From an uncultured Desulfarculus sp. (lineage in GTDB: Bacteria > Desulfobacterota > Desulfarculia > Desulfarculales > Desulfarculaceae), in NCBI GenBank assembly GCA_963665125.2, contig CAXXUK010000001.1, positions 2,368,001-2,432,000 on the forward strand: DNA of 64,000 nt, written 5' to 3'. The notes beneath the pieces were generated by a model. It was not told where the DNA came from. It was given only the letters and a program-made list of their open reading frames with translations, and ran no database searches. Positions 37,379 to 46,097 of this stretch are shown here, in pieces. The position numbers and the translations under genes are program-made. Positions within the stretch are counted from its first letter, which is position 1, and each line of letters opens with the position of its first letter.

Positions 37379-37959
37379 TGTTTGCTCCGATGGCCGGACG
37401 CGATGGCCAGGCCCATGCAGTGTTGAATGTTACAATCTTCAAGGCCCCTGAGCCTGGCGTCAAGACAATCCAACAGGCCCACCAAATCATAGGGGTTTTT
37501 AATTTCGTCCTTGCCTTGCTCGGCCACCCGCCCTCGCCAGTCGAAATCCAGGAAAATCAGGCCCGCCAGCCCCCTGCGCCAATCGGCCTCGGGATCGGGA
37601 CGGTCCGAAGTCAAAAGCGTTTCCCTGGATTTTGCCATCAAGGCCGACAGGCCGGCGACGAGCTTTTCGATCTCCGGCCGCCGCTGCGGATCGCTGCGGG
37701 CTATATCGCGGATTATGTCCTCAATGCCCAGAAAATAAGGTTCCAGGGCCATGGCGTAGTAATAAAGCCTCAGGCGCTCTAGCATGGACAAATCATCGGC
37801 CCGGCGCACCAACTCGGCGGTGCTCAGCCTGCCCGAACGGGCCTTGCCGATAAGTTCGTCCTCCACCCCGGCCGGGGCTTCAAGGCTTTCAGCGGCCCCG
37901 ACGGGGACCGGCGTCAGCACCATGGCCGCCAGCAATGCGGCAATCAATCGCCCATACAT
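37375..37959 (-). CDS. Hypothetical exported protein
   Basis: Signal-peptide-like N-terminus; operon context. Confidence 0.65.
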   Translation of the reverse strand: MYGRLIAALLAAMVLTPVPVGAAESLEAPAGVEDELIGKARSGRLSTAELVRRADDLSMLERLRLYYYAMALEPYFLGIEDIIRDIARSDPQRRPEIEKLVAGLSALMAKSRETLLTSDRPDPEADWRRGLAGLIFLDFDWRGRVAEQGKDEIKNPYDLVGLLDCLDARLRGLEDCNIQHCMGLAIASGHRSKQ

Positions 37960-37995
37960 AGGCTATAGTTTATCAAGATGACCCTTCAAAGCAAA

Positions 37996-38025
37996 GCGCC
38001 CCGCCGCACATTGCGGTGGGGCGCC
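37996..38025 (-). terminator. Terminator after paaK
   Basis: GCGCCCCGCCGCA-CAT-TGCGGTGGGGCGC followed on the minus strand by TTTGCTTT. Confidence 0.7.
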
Positions 38026-38044
38026 AGACAACAACACGGAGAAA

Positions 38045-39346
38045 TTACAACTTGCGGGCGTCGAAAACGCGCTTGGCCTTGCCCTCGGAACGCTCGATGC
38101 TCTTGGGCGGCACCAGGCGAACCTTGACGCCGATGCCGATGGTGCCACGGATCTTGCTCTCGATCTGCTTTTCCAGGGCCTGCAGGACCTGTTCGCCCTG
38201 CTCGTACACCTCGGGCTTGGCCTCCACATCGCAGCTCAGGGCGTCCAGGTAGCCCTTCTTGCGGATGATCAGCACGTACTGGGGAGCCACCTCGGGCACC
38301 TCCAGGAGGATCGACTCGATCTGGCTGGGGAAGACGTTGACGCCGCTGATGATCAGCATGTCGTCGCTGCGGCCCAGAACCTTCTTCATCTTCAACAAAG
38401 TGCGGCCGCAGGCGCATTTTTCCCGCTTGAGCTCGGTGATGTCCCTGGTGCGATAGCGAATCAGGGGCATTGCCCGGCGCTGAATGGCCGTGAAGACCAG
38501 CTCGCCCTTTTCACCCAGGGGCAAGACCTCTTCGGTGACCGGGTCTATGACCTCGGCCAGGACCATGTCCTCGTTGATGTGCATGTAGCCGTCCTGGACC
38601 TCGCAGTCGAAGCTTACGCTGGGGCCCATCAGCTCGGTGAGGCCGTAGACCTCCTGGGCCTTGATGCCCATGCGCTGCTCGATCTCCATGCGCATCTCCG
38701 GAGTCCACGGCTCGGCGCCGAAGATGCCCACCCGCAGGGGCAATTCGCGGATGTCCACGCCCATGTCGGCTGCCTTTTCGGCAATGGTCAGGGCATAAGA
38801 CGGCGTGCAGACCAGGCAGGTGGAGCCGAAGTCGCGCATGATGGTGATTTGGCGCTCGGTCATGCCGCTGGAAGTGGGCACGGTGGTGCAGCCCACCTCG
38901 TCGCATCCGCCCTGAAGACCCAGGCCGCCGGTGAACAGGCCGTAGCCATATGCATTTTGAACGATGTCCTTGCTGGTTACTCCCGCCGCGTAGAGGTTGC
39001 GGGCCACGCACTGGCGCCATTGGGCCATGTCGTCGGCGGTGTAGGGGCCGGTGATGGGCTTGCCGGTGGTGCCGCTGGAGGCGTGGATCTTTACGACCTC
39101 TTCCATGGGCACGGCGCACAGACCGAAGGGGTAGTTATCGCGCAGGTCGTTCTTTACGGTGAACGGCAGCTTGGCCAGGTCTTCCAGGCTCTTCACATCC
39201 TGGGGGGCAATGCCCATCTCATCGAACTTTTGTTTATAAAACGGAACTCTTTCATAAACCCAGGCCACCGTTTCCTGAAGTTTCTCAAGTTGCAGGGCCT
39301 GCATCTGTTCCACAGGCATGGCTTCAATTTTTTCATTCCACATCAT
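38045..39346 (-). CDS. paaK: Phenylacetate-CoA ligase
   Basis: DLRDNYPFGL, HASSGTTGKP, YGYGLFTGGLG, YGLTE, RYRTRD, GRSDDMLII.GVNVFPSQIE. Confidence 0.93.
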   Translation of the reverse strand: MMWNEKIEAMPVEQMQALQLEKLQETVAWVYERVPFYKQKFDEMGIAPQDVKSLEDLAKLPFTVKNDLRDNYPFGLCAVPMEEVVKIHASSGTTGKPITGPYTADDMAQWRQCVARNLYAAGVTSKDIVQNAYGYGLFTGGLGLQGGCDEVGCTTVPTSSGMTERQITIMRDFGSTCLVCTPSYALTIAEKAADMGVDIRELPLRVGIFGAEPWTPEMRMEIEQRMGIKAQEVYGLTELMGPSVSFDCEVQDGYMHINEDMVLAEVIDPVTEEVLPLGEKGELVFTAIQRRAMPLIRYRTRDITELKREKCACGRTLLKMKKVLGRSDDMLIISGVNVFPSQIESILLEVPEVAPQYVLIIRKKGYLDALSCDVEAKPEVYEQGEQVLQALEKQIESKIRGTIGIGVKVRLVPPKSIERSEGKAKRVFDARKL

Positions 39347-39503
39347 CGGAAAGGTCTCCTGAAAAAAAATTTAAACGGCCGGGTATTCGGCGCCGACCCG
39401 GCACAGGTGGGTATTATAATTCGATCTTTTTTATCACAAGCATATACCACCTGGCAAGCAATGCGGCATTGCCATAAAGGCCGCCAGTCCATAAAATGAA
39501 CAA

Positions 39504-40046
39504 ATGATTAAGGCAATCTCAAATAGCGACCCGCCGATCTGCGCCACATGCCACAACCAAGGCAACGGCTGCTGCCATTTGTCCGCCGAGGGCGTACGAA
39601 TAATGTTCGGCCTGACCACGGGTGAAGTCCGGATAATGGCCGAAGCCTGCGGTCAGGAGCCGGAGCAGTTCACGGTCAACGACGAGGTGGATGATGTCTT
39701 TTTACGGCACATCACCGCCATCCATCCCCTTTTCGGCCAGACCATGCCCCACGGCAAGCGCATCCGACTGAAGGTAGACCAAAGCGGCGCCTGCGTTTTT
39801 CTGGGGCCCCAAGGCTGCACCCTGTCCACCGAGGCCCGGCCCCTGTATTGCCGGTTGTACCCCTTTTGGTTCACACCCGACGGCCGTTTGATGGTGCTGG
39901 GCTCGCCCACCTGCCTGGCCCAGGAAAACGCCCGCAACTGGAAAGAGGTGCTGGCCAGGCTGGCCCAGAATATCGACGAACTAAGGGAAATATTCAACAG
40001 GCTGAGAGAATTGGCCGAGGAGCATGAAAAGGCTCATCAGACATAA
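39504..40046 (+). CDS. YkgJ-family cysteine cluster protein
   Basis: CATC......CC, CVFLG..GC......RPLYCRLYPFW. Confidence 0.88.
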   Translation: MIKAISNSDPPICATCHNQGNGCCHLSAEGVRIMFGLTTGEVRIMAEACGQEPEQFTVNDEVDDVFLRHITAIHPLFGQTMPHGKRIRLKVDQSGACVFLGPQGCTLSTEARPLYCRLYPFWFTPDGRLMVLGSPTCLAQENARNWKEVLARLAQNIDELREIFNRLRELAEEHEKAHQT

Positions 40047-40401
40047 TCTATTTCGGGCAATAACCATTGCCGCCTTTTTGGCCCTTTGCCTGGCCGTACC
40101 GGCCGTTGCGGGCCCGCAACTTCGGATACACGCGCCAAGGTCCGACAGCGCCAAGTGCGGTGACGGATTTTACTGGAATGTCAAGCAGGGCAAGTGCGTA
40201 TCCACCCAAAAGCCTGGCCAGCCATGTTCGTCTGGATCTTATTGGGATTCTAATCTGGGCCGCTGCGTGGGCCACGGCACGGGCGGCAATCCCTGTCCCA
40301 AGGGGTCACACTGGTCTGTCGCAAAAAAGCAATGCGTGCCCAACACCTGCCCCAATGGCTTTTACTGGAACAATGTCAAAGGACACTGCACGCCATTTTA
40401 A
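40024..40401 (+). CDS. Secreted Cys/Trp repeat protein
   Basis: Signal peptide ending AVA; four C-x2-G-x-[YH]-W-x6-C repeats. Confidence 0.75.
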   Translation: MKRLIRHNLFRAITIAAFLALCLAVPAVAGPQLRIHAPRSDSAKCGDGFYWNVKQGKCVSTQKPGQPCSSGSYWDSNLGRCVGHGTGGNPCPKGSHWSVAKKQCVPNTCPNGFYWNNVKGHCTPF

Positions 40402-40709
40402 CCGCTGAAATTCTCTTGCCAGCAAACGTGGGCCAGCCAGGCCTCCCTGGCCGCATCCTTCCAGGCCCACCACTTCAGCAACTCCGGCTCCGGATTTTCG
40501 GTTGAGGCAAAATAAACGGCGCAACGAAAGACATAGAGAACGCAACGGTCCTGATGAACGCCGGTGCGGGCGCAGAGTTGATTATACATCCGGGTGGGGT
40601 GAAGGCCGCGCAGGTCCGGCACCCGGTCAAACCCTAGGCTGCGCAGGTCGGCGGCCAGGGAAGGCCCCACGCCGGGGATGTCTTGCAAATCATTTTTATC
40701 CGGGGCCAT
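40398..40709 (-). CDS. Helix-hairpin-helix Cdd1/mitomycin-resistance-like protein
   Basis: LQDIPGVGPSLAADL, MY..LC...G..QDRCVLYVFRCAVY, KWWAWKD. Confidence 0.85.
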   Translation of the reverse strand: MAPDKNDLQDIPGVGPSLAADLRSLGFDRVPDLRGLHPTRMYNQLCARTGVHQDRCVLYVFRCAVYFASTENPEPELLKWWAWKDAAREAWLAHVCWQENFSG

Positions 40710-40718
40710 CTGCCGTGG

Positions 40719-41330
40719 CTACGACTTGCGCACCAGACCGACCATCACACCCAGAATGCGGGTTGGACCGTCGTCATCGTCCAAATGGATGGTGGGCACG
40801 GCCGGGTTGGACGAACGCAACTCCACGCCGTCGGTTGTGGGGTGATAGTGCTTGAGGGTGGCCTCGTCATCCACCAGGCAGGCCACGACCTCGCCCGGCT
40901 CGGCGGTTTCCTGGGCCCGCAGGATGACCATGTCGCCCTCGGCGATGTGGTCGCCGATCATGGAGTCGCCCCGGACCAAAAGGGCGAAGAAGCGGCCCGA
41001 GCCAAAGAAAGCAGGGTCCAGGCCCAGGACCTCGTCGGCCTCTTCCACGGCCAGGATAGGCGCGCCGGCGGCGATGCGGCCCAGCATGGGGATGCCTTGG
41101 ACTGATTTGGAGCCGACGATCTCCAGGGTGCGGGGCCTGCCCGCCTCGGAACGCAGGAAACCCTTACGCTCCAGGGCCTTCATGTGGTCATGAGCCGCCC
41201 TCGGCGATTTGAACCCAAAATGGCCGGCAACCTCGCGCACGGTGGGCGGATAGCCGCGATCTTCCTTGAATCTGGTAATAAATTCAAGCACTTCCCTTTG
41301 GCGTCCGGTCAACCCTTTGGTCATTGGCAT
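40719..41330 (-). CDS. lexA: LexA repressor
   Basis: LT.RQ.EVL, GYPPTVRE, IAAG cleavage site, GDSM (Ser), ATLK (Lys). Confidence 0.96.
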   Translation of the reverse strand: MPMTKGLTGRQREVLEFITRFKEDRGYPPTVREVAGHFGFKSPRAAHDHMKALERKGFLRSEAGRPRTLEIVGSKSVQGIPMLGRIAAGAPILAVEEADEVLGLDPAFFGSGRFFALLVRGDSMIGDHIAEGDMVILRAQETAEPGEVVACLVDDEATLKHYHPTTDGVELRSSNPAVPTIHLDDDDGPTRILGVMVGLVRKS

Positions 41331-41379
41331 TCCTCCCTGCTCGACCTGTGTTTCATACTATACATCGGTTGACGCGACG

Positions 41380-41925
41380 TCAAGGCTTTTTTTGCCAGCG
41401 CGCGGACAATATGACCATGATTTTTTTGACAAAATAATACAGAGCCGCGATGAGGCTCAGGTTGATCATCCACCACTTGATGTTGGCCGCCAGCGGTCCC
41501 AGGTAGAACCAGCCCGTGCGGACCAGCGCAGGATCGTTCAAAAACGCCAGGTGGCAGATATTTTCGACCCAATCGGCCGCTATGGCCGCCAGGGGCATCA
41601 ACAGAACCAGGTTGGCCTTTCGGGGAGCATGGGCCGTGTTGAGGGCCTTGCCCAACAGGGCCAATAGAACCGCCCCGTAGGCTAGGGGATAAAAGAAGTC
41701 CAGCACGAAATGCGATTCAAAGGATTGCAGGATCCCGTAGTCCTGCCAATTCCGGATGATGGCGGCGAACTCGTCGGCCGACCATGTGGTCTGCAACTGA
41801 TAAAGCTGGCGCATGGGTATATCCGAGGTGATGAAAAACATCACCATGGCCATGACCACAAACAGGCCCAAGCAGACGGCCAAGCGCATTGTTTGGCCCA
41901 ATTTGGCCCTTAGCATCTGCAGCAT
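41380..41925 (-). CDS. Hypothetical membrane protein
   Basis: About 4 TM segments; LDFFYP..Y, AD.VEN, KW motifs. Confidence 0.7.
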   Translation of the reverse strand: MLQMLRAKLGQTMRLAVCLGLFVVMAMVMFFITSDIPMRQLYQLQTTWSADEFAAIIRNWQDYGILQSFESHFVLDFFYPLAYGAVLLALLGKALNTAHAPRKANLVLLMPLAAIAADWVENICHLAFLNDPALVRTGWFYLGPLAANIKWWMINLSLIAALYYFVKKIMVILSARWQKKP

Positions 41926-41929
41926 TGTT

Positions 41930-43180
41930 CTAGCTCCCTGGCCCCAGAGGCCACAGGTTGATCAACTCGGCCATGACCGGGGAGCCTGCGCGCACATGGG
42001 TCACGTCCTCGCCCAGAACAAGCAGCGCATTGGCCCTGGCAATGCTCTCCAGGCGCCCAATGCCCCGCAACTGGTCAAACACGGGCTCCGTGTCTTGGCC
42101 CAAGCTTATCTCTCCCTGGATCACGTTGGTCCAGCCGGTCTGCCCCTTGGCGTCACGGACCAGGCGCGCCCACACCAAGGGCAGGCCTGTTTCCTTGCAC
42201 CCGGCCAAGCGCTTGAAAGCGGGCAAGGCCAATTTCAAAAAGGCCACCAGGCAGGCCGGAGGGCCTCCGGGCAGACAGAACACCGGCTTGCGCTCCAGCA
42301 AACCGAAGACGGCTCCCTTGCCCGGCCCCAGGCGCACCCCGCTGAAAACGGTTTTCACGCCGATATCGGCCAGGGCCCGTTCCAGCAGGTCGCGTTCACC
42401 GTGGCCGGTGCCGCCGCTGGTCACCAGGGCATCGGCGTTTTCCAGCAACTCCGCGCATGCTTCCCTGATGGCCGCCAGGTCATCTCCGGCCAACCTGGCC
42501 GGGCCGCTCATTCCCAACACCCTCAACCAGGCCTGTAACGAGATCATGTTGCTGGCGTAAAGCCCGCCGGGGCCCAAGGCCTCTCCGGGCTTGTGCACCT
42601 CGCTGCCGGTGGCCAGCACGGCCACCCTGGGCAAGGAATGAACCTCCAGACCCGCGATGCCGCCCGAGGCCAGAAGCCCCACCAGGCCCGGAGTCAGTAT
42701 GTCTCCGGTCCGGCAAAGGACATCGCCAGGCTCGACGTCGGCCCCCCTGGGTAACACATTGCGGCCCGGTTCGGCCGGGGCCAGGCAGACCAGGCGGCCG
42801 TCCTCGATCCGGGCGAACTCGTCGGCCAGCACCGCGTCGGCCCCGGAAGGCAATGGAGCCCCCGTGGTCACCCTCACGGCTTGACCCGGCAAAACAATTC
42901 CGGCCGGGCGGTCGCCGGCGGTCAGGGCCCCGGTCAAACGCAACATTACCGGCGCCTGTTCCGTGGCCGAACTCAGTTCGGAGCCTATGACGGCGTAGCC
43001 TTCCTTGCGCGAGCTGTCCAATGAGGGGCAGTACACCAAAGCCACGGCTTCACGAGCCGCGGCCAGGCCGGTCAGGTCGACCAATTGTCTGTATTGGGCG
43101 GGCAAGGGACTTGCGTTTTCGAAAACCAAGTTCAAGGCCTGCTCGAAACCGACCTTATTTCCGGGGGGTTGTGTTTTCAT
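41930..43180 (-). CDS. moeA: Molybdopterin molybdo/tungstotransferase
   Basis: S.KEGYA, VTTGAPLPSGADAV, ATGSE, TSGG.G..ERD, LPGGP. Confidence 0.9.
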   Translation of the reverse strand: MKTQPPGNKVGFEQALNLVFENASPLPAQYRQLVDLTGLAAAREAVALVYCPSLDSSRKEGYAVIGSELSSATEQAPVMLRLTGALTAGDRPAGIVLPGQAVRVTTGAPLPSGADAVLADEFARIEDGRLVCLAPAEPGRNVLPRGADVEPGDVLCRTGDILTPGLVGLLASGGIAGLEVHSLPRVAVLATGSEVHKPGEALGPGGLYASNMISLQAWLRVLGMSGPARLAGDDLAAIREACAELLENADALVTSGGTGHGERDLLERALADIGVKTVFSGVRLGPGKGAVFGLLERKPVFCLPGGPPACLVAFLKLALPAFKRLAGCKETGLPLVWARLVRDAKGQTGWTNVIQGEISLGQDTEPVFDQLRGIGRLESIARANALLVLGEDVTHVRAGSPVMAELINLWPLGPGS

Positions 43181-43234
43181 CGGTCTAGTGTATGCCCGCC
43201 GCACGAAGGAGGTCAAGTACGGACAACCAGGGCA

Positions 43235-43252
43235 TATGTCAATATTGACATA
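43235..43252. promoter_or_regulatory. Perfect 18-bp palindromic operator between moeA and aor
   Basis: TATGTCAATATTGACATA; aor promoter TTGACC-N17-TAACCT at 43294-43322. Confidence 0.72.
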
Positions 43253-43359
43253 GATAACTATTTAATTTAATTGGCTTTTTGCTAATCCAGGCATTGACCT
43301 GCTCCTACTCTGAGAGTAACCTGAATTTAGACAAAAAACCTCGATACGGGAGGAGAAGT

Positions 43360-45084
43360 ATGCCCAAGATCCTACGGGTCAATATGACCGACAAAACCAC
43401 GAAGTACACCGACGTTCCGGCCGAGTATCAAGGCCTGGGCGGACGCGGATTGACTTCCACCATAGTGGCCAAGGAAGTTGATCCCATGTGCCATCCCCTG
43501 AGCGCCGAGAACAAGCTCGTATTCGCCACGGGTCTTTTGGGCGGCACCAACTGCGCCAACAGCGGCCGCATATCCGTGGGCGCCAAGAGCCCCCTGACCG
43601 GCGGCATCAAGGAAGCCAACTCGGGCGGCCAATTCGGCGGCTACATGGGTAAGCTGGATCTGCTGGCCATTGTTGTCGAAGGCGTAGCCGACGGCTGGTG
43701 GCAGTTGTTCATCGACAAGGACAAGGTTGAGCTCAAGCCCGCCGACGATCTGGCCGGGCTGGGCAACTACGACACCGTGGCCAAGCTGACCCCGGTGTAC
43801 GGTGAAAAAGCCGGCTACTGCACCATCGGCCAGGCCGGTGAGTACCGCGGAGCCATCGCCAGCATCGCTTTCACCGACCGCGAGCTTCGTCCTGCCCGCC
43901 ACGCCGGACGCGGCGGCCTGGGCGCGGTCATGGGCTCCAAGGGCCTCAAGGCCATGATCATCGATCCGGCCGGCGCGCCCAAGCTGGAAATGGCCGATCC
44001 CGAGGCCTTCAAGGCGGCGGCCAAGCGCTTTGCCGGGGCCCTTAGCGAGCACCCGGTGACCAGCGGTGGTCTGCCCACCTACGGCACCGACGTATTGATC
44101 AACATCCTCAACGAAGCGGGCGGCCTGCCCACCCGCAACTTCAGCGAGGGCCGTTTCGAAGGCGCCGAGAAGGTCGGCGGCGAAACCCTCAACGAAATCA
44201 CCGTCAAGCGCGGCGGCAATCCAACCCACGGCTGCATGACCGGCTGCATGATCCGCTGCTCGGGAATCTATGTCGACGAAAACGGCAAGTATGTCAGCAA
44301 GTGGCCCGAATACGAAACCGTATGGGCCTGGGGCCCCAACTGCGGCATAGACGACCTGGACGCCATCGCCCGCATCGACTATATGTGCGATGATTTCGGC
44401 ATCGACACCATCGACGCCGGTTGCGCTATGGCCGTGTTGATGGATTCCGGTTTCCTCAGCTTCGGCGACGCCAAGGGCGCCGAGGAGATCATGGCCAAGG
44501 TAGGCCAGGGCAAACCTCTGGGCCGCATCCTGGCCAGCGGCACCGAGATCATGGGCAAGGTGTTCGGCGTCAGCCGGGTGCCGGTGGTCAAGGGCCAGAG
44601 CCTGCCCGCCTATGACCCCCGCGCGGTCAAGGGTCTGGGCGTGACCTACGCCACCACGCCCATGGGCGCCGACCACACCGCCGGATACGCCACCACGGCC
44701 AACATCATGAGCGTCGGAGGCTATGTCGATCCGCTCAAGCCCGAGGGGCAGATGGAACTGAGCCAGGGCCTTCAGGTGGCCACGGCGGTAATCGACACCG
44801 TGGGCCTGTGCCTGTTCGTGGCCTTTGCCATGCTGGACATTCCCGACGCCAACCAGGCGGTAACCGACATGGTCAACGCCAGGTTCGGACTGAGCCTCAA
44901 TGGCGACGATGTCGGAGCGCTGGGCCAGAAGGTCCTGAGCACCGAGGTCGACTTCAACCGCCGGGCCGGCTTCAACGAGTTGCACGACCGGCTGCCCAGG
45001 TTCTTCGAGACCGAGTCGTTCAAGCCTCATGGCGTTGTTTTCGACGTGCCCCACGAGCACCTGGACAAGACCCTGGCGTTTTAA
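43360..45084 (+). CDS. aor: Aldehyde ferredoxin oxidoreductase (tungsten AOR family)
   Basis: KSPLTGGIKEANSGG, AGRGGLGAVMGSKGLKA, GCM.GC.IRC, EYET, DDFGIDTI, YDPR, GADH. Confidence 0.95.
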   Translation: MPKILRVNMTDKTTKYTDVPAEYQGLGGRGLTSTIVAKEVDPMCHPLSAENKLVFATGLLGGTNCANSGRISVGAKSPLTGGIKEANSGGQFGGYMGKLDLLAIVVEGVADGWWQLFIDKDKVELKPADDLAGLGNYDTVAKLTPVYGEKAGYCTIGQAGEYRGAIASIAFTDRELRPARHAGRGGLGAVMGSKGLKAMIIDPAGAPKLEMADPEAFKAAAKRFAGALSEHPVTSGGLPTYGTDVLINILNEAGGLPTRNFSEGRFEGAEKVGGETLNEITVKRGGNPTHGCMTGCMIRCSGIYVDENGKYVSKWPEYETVWAWGPNCGIDDLDAIARIDYMCDDFGIDTIDAGCAMAVLMDSGFLSFGDAKGAEEIMAKVGQGKPLGRILASGTEIMGKVFGVSRVPVVKGQSLPAYDPRAVKGLGVTYATTPMGADHTAGYATTANIMSVGGYVDPLKPEGQMELSQGLQVATAVIDTVGLCLFVAFAMLDIPDANQAVTDMVNARFGLSLNGDDVGALGQKVLSTEVDFNRRAGFNELHDRLPRFFETESFKPHGVVFDVPHEHLDKTLAF

Positions 45085-45144
45085 AACGATACGTCAATCC
45101 TTCAACGGCGGGCCGGCGCTCTCCCGGCCCGCCGGATTAAAAAA

Positions 45145-45441
45145 ATGCAATTGACCGTCAAACTCGGTGGCCCCCTGCGCAAGCGCCTGGAAGGCCGCCA
45201 TGAATCCGGCCAGATAAACCTGGATATGCCCGAGGGCAGCCGCGTTTCCGACGTGATTGCCGAGTTGGGCCTTTTCGGCGACGTCGTGCGCGTGTTGATG
45301 GTCAACGGCAGGCCCATCAAGGAAGACATAGTGCTTCACGACGGCGACCGCCTGGGTCTGTTCCCCAGGGAGCTGGCCTTCAACGTCTGCACGGCCATCA
45401 GCTTTTTCAATCCTCTTGCCCGTAAACACAATCAGGACTGA
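45145..45441 (+). CDS. MoaD/ThiS-like protein lacking C-terminal Gly-Gly
   Basis: V.DVIAELGL...VNG.....L.DGDRLGLFP then a 24-aa extension. Confidence 0.78.
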   Translation: MQLTVKLGGPLRKRLEGRHESGQINLDMPEGSRVSDVIAELGLFGDVVRVLMVNGRPIKEDIVLHDGDRLGLFPRELAFNVCTAISFFNPLARKHNQD

Positions 45442-45597
45442 TACCGCATTTCCGTCACTTGCCCTGCATATCCCTGCGCACCAAAGGCGTTTTGGCGGAT
45501 TTAGCAGCCAGACAAATCCCATTTCCCCCCTAACATGACGATTTTTATTGTATAGTCTGCTGGAGCATCTTGTTTATTCATTGTTAATTGGTTAAGC

Positions 45598-46053
45598 ATG
45601 AAGATCGATTTTGCTGGCAGGGACCACTATCCCCAGTTGATTGAGCTGTGGGAGGCATCGGTTCGCGCCACCCATGACTTTTTAAATGAAGAGGACATCG
45701 CCTTTTTACGGCCGTTGATTCTGGAGAAGTATTTCGACGCCGTGGACCTTTGCCGCGCCGTGAGCGACAATGGAGAACTCCTTGGTTTTATCGGCAGTTC
45801 CGGCGACAACATCGAGATGTTGTTCATCGCTCCCAGGCACCGCGGTCGGGGCGTCGGGGCTCTGCTGGCCGGGTATGCAATCCGGGAGCGGGACGCGTGC
45901 AAGGTCGACGTCAACGAACAGAATCCACAGGCAATCGGCTTCTACAAACACCTGGGCTTCCGCACGGTGGGCCGCTCGCCCACCGACGGCCAAGGCAAAC
46001 CGTTTCCGCTATTGCATATGGAACTGGCCCAAACCGATGAGGCGCGTCCGTAG
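45598..46053 (+). CDS. GNAT acetyltransferase (YjaB-like)
   Basis: WEASVRATHDFL, EMLF....RGRGVG, VDVNEQN.QA.GFY, DGQGKPFPLLHM. Confidence 0.9.
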   Translation: MKIDFAGRDHYPQLIELWEASVRATHDFLNEEDIAFLRPLILEKYFDAVDLCRAVSDNGELLGFIGSSGDNIEMLFIAPRHRGRGVGALLAGYAIRERDACKVDVNEQNPQAIGFYKHLGFRTVGRSPTDGQGKPFPLLHMELAQTDEARP

Positions 46054-46097
46054 TTGAAGAATTAAAACGACCCAATGCCATCCCACGAGCAAAAAAT

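Noticed and set aside
43372..45060. 562-aa minus-strand ORF
   Set aside because: Codon-mirrored antisense shadow of aor.
45439..45510. Possible selenocysteine read-through of the TGA ending the Ubl gene
   Set aside because: No convincing SECIS hairpin, and the short extension contains no GG or recognisable motif.
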